A stretch of 40,686 bases of DNA, from positions 1 through 40,686 of the forward strand of contig CAZGRF010000001.1 in NCBI GenBank assembly GCA_964527825.1, read 5' to 3'. This DNA comes from an uncultured Pirellulales bacterium (lineage in GTDB: Bacteria; Planctomycetota; Phycisphaerae; Sedimentisphaerales; Anaerobacaceae). Position 1 is the first letter of the stretch, and the number at the start of each line of letters is the position of its first letter. Positions 8,697-15,941 of the stretch are shown here, in pieces. The notes under the pieces were generated by a model that worked only from the letters and a program-made list of their open reading frames with translations, ran no database searches and was not told the DNA's origin. The position numbers were made by a program, and so were the translations under genes.

Positions 8697-9716
8697 ATGA
8701 CCGGCAATGAAATAGTGCATGGCAATTGCGACGACATCGCGCCAGGTCTGTACACCGTGGCAGGTGCGGCAGGTCTGATGGGCACTTCTGCACTCAGGCG
8801 ATTGCATGGCGCGCCAGGTGTGAATGTGCGCGCCGTGTACCACAGAAGAAAGCCGTTGATAGAGGGAGACAGCATTGAACTCGTGCAAGCGGACTTGCGA
8901 GATGAAGAGGCTTGCCGTGCGGTCTGTTCCGGAACCGACTATGTGTTTATGTTCGCTGGCATTCTCTCCACGGCGGCGGTGCTCGCGCGAGATCCGGTTG
9001 CGCACATCATCGATAACGTGGCGATGACAACGCGCATGATGCAAGCCGCCTACGAGAGCCGCGTCAAGACGTTTGTGTGGCTGAGCAGTTCGACGGGTTA
9101 TCCACAGCAAGTATCCTCGTTGACGGAAGATGACATGTTTCACGGCGACCCCCCGGCGGGATACTTCGCCGTCGGCTGGTATTCTCGCTACATCGAAAAG
9201 CTGGCGCAGCACTATGCACAGCATGTGCCTAATCCTTTGCAGGTGGTAATGCTACGGCCCACGACGATCTATGGAGAATATGAATCGTTCGATCTTGACG
9301 AATGTCACATGTTGCCCGCGCTGGTGAGGAAGACGATCAAGCGGATGAATCCGATCGAAGTCTGGGGCGACGGTGAGCAAAAGCGTGACCTTATCTATGC
9401 CGATGACGTGTTGACCGCCTGCCTTCTCGCCATGCGGCAGAGCGAGCCCTATCAGGTATACAACGTGGGAGCAGGGGTGCAGTACAGCGTCGAGGACTTG
9501 TTGCGCACGATCATCGAGCAGGACGGATATGCGAATGCTCGGGTCGAGTACAGGATGGACAGACCGTCAGCCCCGGTCCGGCGTGAGCTGGATCTCGCTC
9601 GGTCCCGCGCCGTCCTCGGCTTTCGGCCGCAGACGTCAATTGAAGATGGCATTCGTCGAATGATACACCGTTGCCGAAAACTGTACGGTGTCCCAGTGTT
9701 GGAGGAGGCAAAATGA
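8697..9716 (+). CDS. Extended SDR, NAD-dependent epimerase/reductase (GDP-L-fucose-synthase-like fold)
   Basis: An internal ATG at 8697 is preceded by GGAG. The 8634 start would overlap the upstream gene. Motifs are VAGAAGLMGTS (GxxGxxG), SSSTGYP, RPTTIYG and CHMLPALVRK..VWGDGEQKRDLIYADDV. Confidence 0.75.
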   Translation: MTGNEIVHGNCDDIAPGLYTVAGAAGLMGTSALRRLHGAPGVNVRAVYHRRKPLIEGDSIELVQADLRDEEACRAVCSGTDYVFMFAGILSTAAVLARDPVAHIIDNVAMTTRMMQAAYESRVKTFVWLSSSTGYPQQVSSLTEDDMFHGDPPAGYFAVGWYSRYIEKLAQHYAQHVPNPLQVVMLRPTTIYGEYESFDLDECHMLPALVRKTIKRMNPIEVWGDGEQKRDLIYADDVLTACLLAMRQSEPYQVYNVGAGVQYSVEDLLRTIIEQDGYANARVEYRMDRPSAPVRRELDLARSRAVLGFRPQTSIEDGIRRMIHRCRKLYGVPVLEEAK

Positions 9717-11050
9717 GAGTCGGAGTCGTCGTTTCGTCATGGCATTACTTTGCGGACCCCTTCAAGTTGCAGCCGCTATATGAGCTGTTCCATGCAACGA
9801 TCGCAAGGCGACACGGCCTTGGGCAGGAGAATGTGACGGTCTACGACCTGCGCGAGTGGCGCCGGTCGGAGGACGTGGATTTCGAGGCCCATCTCGACCA
9901 GTACGTGGATGAGAATGATCTGTACTTCTATTGGGTCATGAAGACAGCGGATTATCCGGAGGTCGAAGAGACGGTGCGCTTCCTGCGCCGGAAGTATCCT
10001 CGATCCGTACACATAGCGGGAGGAACGCACATTGATGTCTGCATTGATGAATGCGCCCCAGTGTTTGATGCGGTCCTCTCCGGTCCGGGCGACAGGAGTC
10101 TCTGTGAGTGCATCGACGACCATCGTGCCGGCCGGCTGAAGGGTCGCTACACGGACGACTGGAGCCGGCGGCCCTATTCGGCGGCGCCATATCCCCGGCG
10201 TGAGTTTCTCCCTGAACATGCCGTGGTCAACACGGAGTTGTTTCGCCAGTACGGCGGAGTTCGCGCCACATCGGCGATGCTCCAACGCGGTTGCTGCTTT
10301 CGCTGCGCCTACTGTGCGTATAACGTGCCGCCGATGATCCAGAGACGAACGCCGGAGCAGATAAAGGAGGAGGTCGCTTATCTGAAGGAGACGTATCATA
10401 TCGGTGGATTGAACCTGCGGGATGAAATCGCCATTCCCCTGAATCCCCGGATTGCGGAGTCACACTTGAAGGCCCTGGGTGAATGCGGGCTCATCTGGCG
10501 CGGTCAGACCAAGGTCGGGGCGGCCAAGAATGAGGTGGTGCCGCCGGAGATCATCGCGTTGGCGGCGGAAACCGGTTGCGTCGAATTGGCTGTTGGGGTG
10601 GAGAGTGCCTCGCAACAGGTGCTGGACCTGATCGACAAGAGGCAGGACATTGAAGCCGCGCGGGATTTCATCATTCAGTGTCGCGCGCACGGCATAAGGA
10701 TCAAAATGTGTCTGATTCTCGGTTTGCCGGGCGAGCCACCGGACATCATCGATCGGACTCTAGCGCTCATCGAAGAGGCGCAGCCCGATTTCGTCAACGT
10801 GTCCGGCTTCTGTCCGGTGCCCGGATCACCGATCTTCAAGCGTCCGTCAGAATACGGAATCAAGAGCATCGATCGTGATTGGCGCAGACACGCGCATCTC
10901 GTCTTTCGGTACTCCGACGAAGAAGATTTCGGTCTGCCGTTCGAATACGAAGAGAATGGGCCTTGGGGCCGGAATTTCACCCGAGACGAGATCGTTGAAA
11001 ACATCAAGTCGCTGCAAAAACGTCTTCGTGCGCGAGCGATGGTCTATTAG
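9713..11050 (+). CDS. B12-binding-domain (class B-like) radical SAM enzyme
   Basis: ATG at 9713 forms an ATGA overlap, with GGAGGAGG upstream. The N-terminal cobalamin-binding-like domain ends ..HIAGGTHIDVC..FDAVLSGPGDRSL. The CxxxCxxC cluster motif CCFRCAYC is at 10292-10315. Confidence 0.75.
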   Translation: MRVGVVVSSWHYFADPFKLQPLYELFHATIARRHGLGQENVTVYDLREWRRSEDVDFEAHLDQYVDENDLYFYWVMKTADYPEVEETVRFLRRKYPRSVHIAGGTHIDVCIDECAPVFDAVLSGPGDRSLCECIDDHRAGRLKGRYTDDWSRRPYSAAPYPRREFLPEHAVVNTELFRQYGGVRATSAMLQRGCCFRCAYCAYNVPPMIQRRTPEQIKEEVAYLKETYHIGGLNLRDEIAIPLNPRIAESHLKALGECGLIWRGQTKVGAAKNEVVPPEIIALAAETGCVELAVGVESASQQVLDLIDKRQDIEAARDFIIQCRAHGIRIKMCLILGLPGEPPDIIDRTLALIEEAQPDFVNVSGFCPVPGSPIFKRPSEYGIKSIDRDWRRHAHLVFRYSDEEDFGLPFEYEENGPWGRNFTRDEIVENIKSLQKRLRARAMVY

Positions 11051-11061
11051 GAGCAGGTTCC

Positions 11062-12246
11062 ATGCTGAGTTTGTACAACGGACAGATGCCGTATCACAGA
11101 CGTTCCTGTGCTGCGCCGTGGACAACACTTGTGCTGGACAAGGACGGGAGTCTCTCATTCTGTTGTTACCTGAAAGGGCTGGCCAACATCTATGAGATGT
11201 CGGACAGGGCGTTCGAGGAAGTCTGGAACGGGCCGGTGGCCCGACGTGTCAGGAACCAGTGGGTCGAGGGACGTCTCGAGGGACTCCGTTGCGCGAACTG
11301 CCCTGGGCTTCAACGCTTCGGGGAGTATCCTCACTATGCGTTGACAAAGCCCGATTTGTTCCAAGGCTCGAACCCGGCGGCGCTCAACGCCCGGCTGAAC
11401 CTGAAGGAGTTTGTGGCGGGGGCAACTCGCCTTCAATCAGCTCCGCTGGAAATCGTGTATATCCCCGGCGTAGCCTGTAACATCCAGTGCATTCACTGTT
11501 TTCAACCACGGGCCGGATCGGATACCGCGATCCCGCCCCAGCAATTGCTCCGGTTCTACCATCTGTTGGGAGACCGGGCCATTCTTCACTTGATGTCGGG
11601 CGGCGAACCTTTAGTCATTCCGGCGGTGGAGACTTTGGTCCAGGCCATTTCGGCCGAACACCGAGCCGGTTCGGAGATCATCCTGCAAACCAATGGCCAG
11701 TTGCTCAAGGATCGTTTTCGCCGCTTCCCAGGCTTCAAGAAATATCACGTTAGAATCAGTATCGACGGCTATGACAAGGAGACGTATGAGTACATCCATC
11801 GCGGCGCCCAATTCGAGCGTCTTCTCGAGGGCATTGCCGAGGTCAACGAGGCCCGAGGCGAGCTTGATGTCACTACCTCTCTGGTCATGGTTCTCATGCT
11901 CTCCAACTTTCGTAACCTGAACATGCTGTTCGATTTCGCCGATGAGCACCTCTTCAATGATGTCTGGGTGACGCCCGTGCATGCTGCCTATGGGAAACGA
12001 GATGCTTTGAGAAACGAGAACATCTTTGAATTCAGAGATCTCTTGCATCGTGTGCCCGAATGGCCTGACACACTTGACAACGCCATTGAACGATCCATGC
12101 TGTCGGGCCGGCACCTGGCCTGCAGGCATCTGGAGTACATCAAAGGTGAGCTGACAAAGCCGGGCGCGCGAAATGCGAACGTCACCACTTGTGCGGTGGG
12201 TCAGCGAACGGCAGCTCGTGTTCCCAACGGTGTGGTGGCTCACTGA
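11062..12246 (+). CDS. Radical SAM enzyme with N-terminal twitch/SPASM-like Cys-rich domain
   Basis: ATG at 11062 with AGGAG upstream. The N-terminus CAAPWTTLVLDKDGSLSFCC...VWNGP...CANCPG (11107-11307) fits CX12GX4C plus CX2C. The radical SAM CxxxCxxC (CNIQCIHC) follows at 11476-11499, then SGGEPL. Confidence 0.7.
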   Translation: MLSLYNGQMPYHRRSCAAPWTTLVLDKDGSLSFCCYLKGLANIYEMSDRAFEEVWNGPVARRVRNQWVEGRLEGLRCANCPGLQRFGEYPHYALTKPDLFQGSNPAALNARLNLKEFVAGATRLQSAPLEIVYIPGVACNIQCIHCFQPRAGSDTAIPPQQLLRFYHLLGDRAILHLMSGGEPLVIPAVETLVQAISAEHRAGSEIILQTNGQLLKDRFRRFPGFKKYHVRISIDGYDKETYEYIHRGAQFERLLEGIAEVNEARGELDVTTSLVMVLMLSNFRNLNMLFDFADEHLFNDVWVTPVHAAYGKRDALRNENIFEFRDLLHRVPEWPDTLDNAIERSMLSGRHLACRHLEYIKGELTKPGARNANVTTCAVGQRTAARVPNGVVAH

Positions 12247-12318
12247 TCGTACGGTGATGGCGCGATCTGACGGTGCGTGCCGTGATTCCAGGTTCTTCGT
12301 TTTGAAGAAGGCTAACCG

Positions 12319-13314
12319 ATGATACATGATGAGATACTGACTCAGTTGTGCGGCTCGAATGCCCTCGTCACCGGCGGCACCGGCTTGATTGGACGCCAGG
12401 TAGTGAGAATCCTGTGTGACGCGGGCGCGAGCATTCGAGTGGTTTCCCTCGACCGGATGAAGGTCGATGAACGGGCCGAGCATGTCACAGGTGATCTGGC
12501 AGACTTCGATCTCTGCAAACAGCTCACCAGGGACATGGATTACGTGTTTCACGTTGCCGGCATCAAAGGGTCCATCGATGTAACCAAGAGCAAACCGGCC
12601 AGCTTCTTCGTGCCGTTGCTGATGATGAACACCAACATGCTCGAAGCAGCCAGAGTCTGTGGCGTCAAGAAGACGGTCTACACGAGTTCCATCGGGGCTT
12701 ATCCCAGTGCGGAAGTGTTCAAAGAGTCGGACGGCGATGACGGTCCTCCGATGGACATGTTTCCCGGGTGGGCCAAGCGCATGGCGGAGATGCAGATCCA
12801 GGCGTATCGGATTCAATACGGGCTGCAGAACTTCGCTGTAGTCCGCCCGTGCAACGTGTACGGCCCCGGGGACAACTTCGATCCTAACAATGCCATGGTG
12901 ATCCCCTCATTGATGTACCGCATCCGTAACGGGGAAGACCCCTTGTTGGTCTGGGGAGACGGCTCGGCCGTCCGGGATTTTGCCTACAGCGAGGACGTCG
13001 CAGAGGGCGTCATTCTCGCGCTCTATCACGGCACGCAGGGGCGTTACGTGAACCTTGGCAGTGGACGCGGATATTCGATCCGTGAGCTGGTAGAGACATT
13101 GAACAGTTTCATTCCCTTCAACTACGAGTTCGATACGACGAAATCATCGGGCTTTCCGCGGCGCGTCATGGACATCTCTTTGGCCCGCGACACGCTCGGC
13201 TACGATCCGCAGACATCCTTGGCGGACGGTTTGAAGAAGACCTGGGAATGGTTTGTAGCCAACCAGGAAGAGTATCTGAATCGGAAGAACTACTTCGCGG
13301 AAGCGGGTGTGTAG
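12319..13314 (+). CDS. Extended SDR, GDP-L-fucose-synthase-like epimerase/reductase paralog
   Basis: Motifs are ALVTGGTGLIGRQV, YTSSIGAYP, RPCNVYGPGDNFDPNNAMVIPSL and LVWGDGSAVRDFAYSEDV. The active-site region reads FPGWAKR, with no Tyr four residues before the Lys. Confidence 0.75.
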   Translation: MIHDEILTQLCGSNALVTGGTGLIGRQVVRILCDAGASIRVVSLDRMKVDERAEHVTGDLADFDLCKQLTRDMDYVFHVAGIKGSIDVTKSKPASFFVPLLMMNTNMLEAARVCGVKKTVYTSSIGAYPSAEVFKESDGDDGPPMDMFPGWAKRMAEMQIQAYRIQYGLQNFAVVRPCNVYGPGDNFDPNNAMVIPSLMYRIRNGEDPLLVWGDGSAVRDFAYSEDVAEGVILALYHGTQGRYVNLGSGRGYSIRELVETLNSFIPFNYEFDTTKSSGFPRRVMDISLARDTLGYDPQTSLADGLKKTWEWFVANQEEYLNRKNYFAEAGV

Positions 13315-13833
13315 ATGCAAGTGCAAACGACAAAGCTTGAAGGCGTCTTGCTTATACAACCGCCGACGGTTTTCGAGGATTTCCGCGGAACCTACGTCGA
13401 GACCTACAACGAGCAACTGTACCGGGACAGCGGGGTCGATGTCACCTTCGTACAGGATGACATCTCCGTTTCGAGCCGACATGTCCTGCGTGGCATTCAC
13501 GGCGACGCGGAAACGTGGAAGCTCGTCTCCTGCCTGTATGGGAAGTTCTATCTCGTAGTCGTCAACGGGGACAAGGAATCGAGCGAGTACGGTCGATGGC
13601 AGGGCTTCACGCTGTCGGAACACAATCGACTACAGGTCCTGATCCCGCCCAGACACGGCAATGGACACGTGGTCATGAGCGAGCAGGCCATCTTTCATTA
13701 CAAGCAGTCAACGTACTACAACCCGAAAGGCCAATTCACGATCGTTTGGAACGATCCGGCGTTCAACATTTGGTGGCCGGTCAAACGGCCCATCCTCTCG
13801 CGCCGGGATGAAGTCGGGCATTTCGTGGAATAG
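13315..13833 (+). CDS. RmlC-like cupin sugar-nucleotide 3,5-epimerase
   Basis: Motifs are FEDFRGTYVETY, VLRGIHGD, KLVSCLYGKFYLVVV and IPPRHGNGH..IVWNDPAFNIWWP. It starts immediately after the upstream stop. Confidence 0.8.
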   Translation: MQVQTTKLEGVLLIQPPTVFEDFRGTYVETYNEQLYRDSGVDVTFVQDDISVSSRHVLRGIHGDAETWKLVSCLYGKFYLVVVNGDKESSEYGRWQGFTLSEHNRLQVLIPPRHGNGHVVMSEQAIFHYKQSTYYNPKGQFTIVWNDPAFNIWWPVKRPILSRRDEVGHFVE

Positions 13834-13844
13834 TCGAGGAAACG

Positions 13845-14795
13845 ATGTTTCAAGGACGAAACGTACTGGTGACCGGAGGAGCGGGCTTCATCGGCTCCAG
13901 GCTGGTCGAGCGGCTGCTGGCGGTGGGGGCTCGGGTCCGCGCTACGCTCCATCAGAAGGACGCCGTGCTTTCAGATGACAGGATTGAGTATGTGCGCGGC
14001 GACCTGATGCAAGCCGAAGACTGCCGCCGTGCTTGTGAAGACATGGAATACGTGTTCCTCTGTGCGGCCAACACCTCCGGCGCGGCGGTGATGGAAACGA
14101 CGCCGCTGGTCCATCTGACGCCCAACCTGATCATGAACGCGAGGATGCTGGAGGCGGCCCACGCGGCCGGCGTGAAGAAGACGCTTTTCATCAGCAGTAA
14201 CACGGTTTATCCCGTCTCAGATAGCCCGGTGCAGGAAACGGATGTCACGAACGAATTCTTTGAGAAGTACTTCATTGTGGCATGGATGAAGCGTTTCACG
14301 GAGATCATGTGCGAGATGTATGCCACAAGGATCAAGAAACCCATGCAGACAGTCGTTGTTCGTCCGGCCAACGCCTACGGGCCGGGCGACAAGTTCGACT
14401 GGGAAACCTCCCATGTATTGCCGGCCTTGATCCGTCGTGTAGTTGAGCGTCACGACCCCATCCGGGTGTGGGGCGACGGCAAGGATGTCAAGGATTTCAT
14501 CTATGCAGACGATCTCGTGGAGGGCATGCTGCTGGCGATGGAGAAGATAGACGGCTTCGACGCCGTCAATCTGGCCAGCGGCAGGGAGTATTGTCTGCGC
14601 GATGTTCTGGCCTTGATTATCAAGCTCGACGGCTACGCGGGCGCTCGGGTCGAGTACGACACGAGCAAGCCCACCATGATTCCGAAACGTCTCATCGATC
14701 CGTCAAAGGCAAGGCGTTTGCTGGGCTTCGAGGCAACAACACCCTTGGAAGCCGGCCTGCGGAAGACCATCGACTGGTACAGGAGCACCCTATGA
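13845..14795 (+). CDS. Extended SDR, GDP-L-fucose-synthase-like epimerase/reductase paralog
   Basis: Motifs are VLVTGGAGFIGSRLV, FISSNTVYP, RPANAYGPGDKFDWETSHVLPALIRR and VWGDGKDVKDFIYADD. The active-site region reads YFIVAWMKR. Confidence 0.75.
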   Translation: MFQGRNVLVTGGAGFIGSRLVERLLAVGARVRATLHQKDAVLSDDRIEYVRGDLMQAEDCRRACEDMEYVFLCAANTSGAAVMETTPLVHLTPNLIMNARMLEAAHAAGVKKTLFISSNTVYPVSDSPVQETDVTNEFFEKYFIVAWMKRFTEIMCEMYATRIKKPMQTVVVRPANAYGPGDKFDWETSHVLPALIRRVVERHDPIRVWGDGKDVKDFIYADDLVEGMLLAMEKIDGFDAVNLASGREYCLRDVLALIIKLDGYAGARVEYDTSKPTMIPKRLIDPSKARRLLGFEATTPLEAGLRKTIDWYRSTL

Positions 14796-14944
14796 TTGTT
14801 ACCCATACGTCGTCCAAGATTCCCCGCCCCGATGTCGAAGCGTCCCGCCAGTCGGCTAAGGGGTCCGTCGTGGCTGAGCTTCACAGGGACGCTCCTGATT
14901 CGAGTTCGTTTGCAGAGAGCCGTCGGATCGTACAGGGCCACCCG

Positions 14945-15934
14945 ATGGTCATCACCCGTACGCCGTTCAGAATCTCGTTTTTCGGCGGTGGCACGGACTA
15001 TCCTGTCTACTACAGGGAGCAGGGCGGTGAGGTCCTGAGCACGACCATCAACCAGTACTGCTATGTCACTTGTCGCTACCTTCCACCTTTCTTCGACTAC
15101 AAATACCGGGTTCGCTACTCCAAGAGCGAGACCACGAACACTATCGATGAAATCGAACATCCCTCGGTCAGGGAATGCCTGCGTTTTTGCGGTATCGACC
15201 GCTGTGCGGAGATCGTGCATACCAGCGACATCCCGGCCATGTCCGGTATCGGGTCCAGTTCCTCCTTTACCGTGGGACTTCTACAGGCACTGTACGCGCT
15301 GAAAGGGGAGATGGTCACCAAGCGACAGTTGGCGTTCGATGCTATCCATGTCGAGCAGGACATCATCAGGGAGAGCGTCGGCTCGCAGGACCAGACGGCC
15401 GCGGCCTTCGGCGGCTTGAACCATATCGAGTTCGGCGGACGGAGCGACGGCATCTTCGTTCAGCCGGTCATCATGTGCCCGGAAAAGCTCGCTTATCTCC
15501 AGGAACATCTGCTCTTCTATTTCACAGGCTTTTCTCGATATGCGTCGGAGATCGCCCGCGAACAGGTCCGAAACACGCATCGGAAGCTCAGCGAACTCAA
15601 GCGGATGCGCGAAATGGTGAGTGAAGCGTTGGATATCCTGAGAGGTCCCGTCCATGGCTACGAAGCGTTCGGCAGGCTTCTGCACGAGTCCTGGATGCTC
15701 AAGAGAGAGCTTACCGACCTGATTTCGAACAGCACGATAGACGAGATCTATGAAACGGCGCTCCGAGCAGGCGCCTTGGGCGGGAAGCTGTGTGGCGCAG
15801 GCGGCGGGGGATTCATCCTCTTCTTTGTTCCGCCCGAGCGACAACCTCGGGTCAAGGCAGCCTTGGACCGCCTCTTGTTGGTGCCGATGCGGTTTGAGAA
15901 TCTCGCCTCACACATCATATTTTACGCACATTGA
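14945..15934 (+). CDS. GHMP-family sugar kinase, COG2605 / D-glycero-D-manno-heptose-7-phosphate kinase (HddA)-like
   Basis: The start MVITRTPFRISFFGGGTDYP is the typical N-terminus of this family. The GHMP motif is DIPAMSGIGSSSSF, and the C-terminal part has GGKLCGAGGGGF. An alternative in-frame ATG at 14792 (ATGA overlap with the upstream stop) would add 51 aa. Confidence 0.8.
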   Translation: MVITRTPFRISFFGGGTDYPVYYREQGGEVLSTTINQYCYVTCRYLPPFFDYKYRVRYSKSETTNTIDEIEHPSVRECLRFCGIDRCAEIVHTSDIPAMSGIGSSSSFTVGLLQALYALKGEMVTKRQLAFDAIHVEQDIIRESVGSQDQTAAAFGGLNHIEFGGRSDGIFVQPVIMCPEKLAYLQEHLLFYFTGFSRYASEIAREQVRNTHRKLSELKRMREMVSEALDILRGPVHGYEAFGRLLHESWMLKRELTDLISNSTIDEIYETALRAGALGGKLCGAGGGGFILFFVPPERQPRVKAALDRLLLVPMRFENLASHIIFYAH

Positions 15935-15941
15935 CTCTCCT

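Noticed and set aside
12293-12309. TTCTTC-GTTTT-GAAGAA hairpin in the 72-nt spacer before the 12319 gene, as an internal terminator or attenuator.
   Set aside because: It is a 6-bp AT-rich stem of marginal stability, and its 3' arm overlaps the likely RBS (GAAGAAGG). It is noted but not supportable as a feature.
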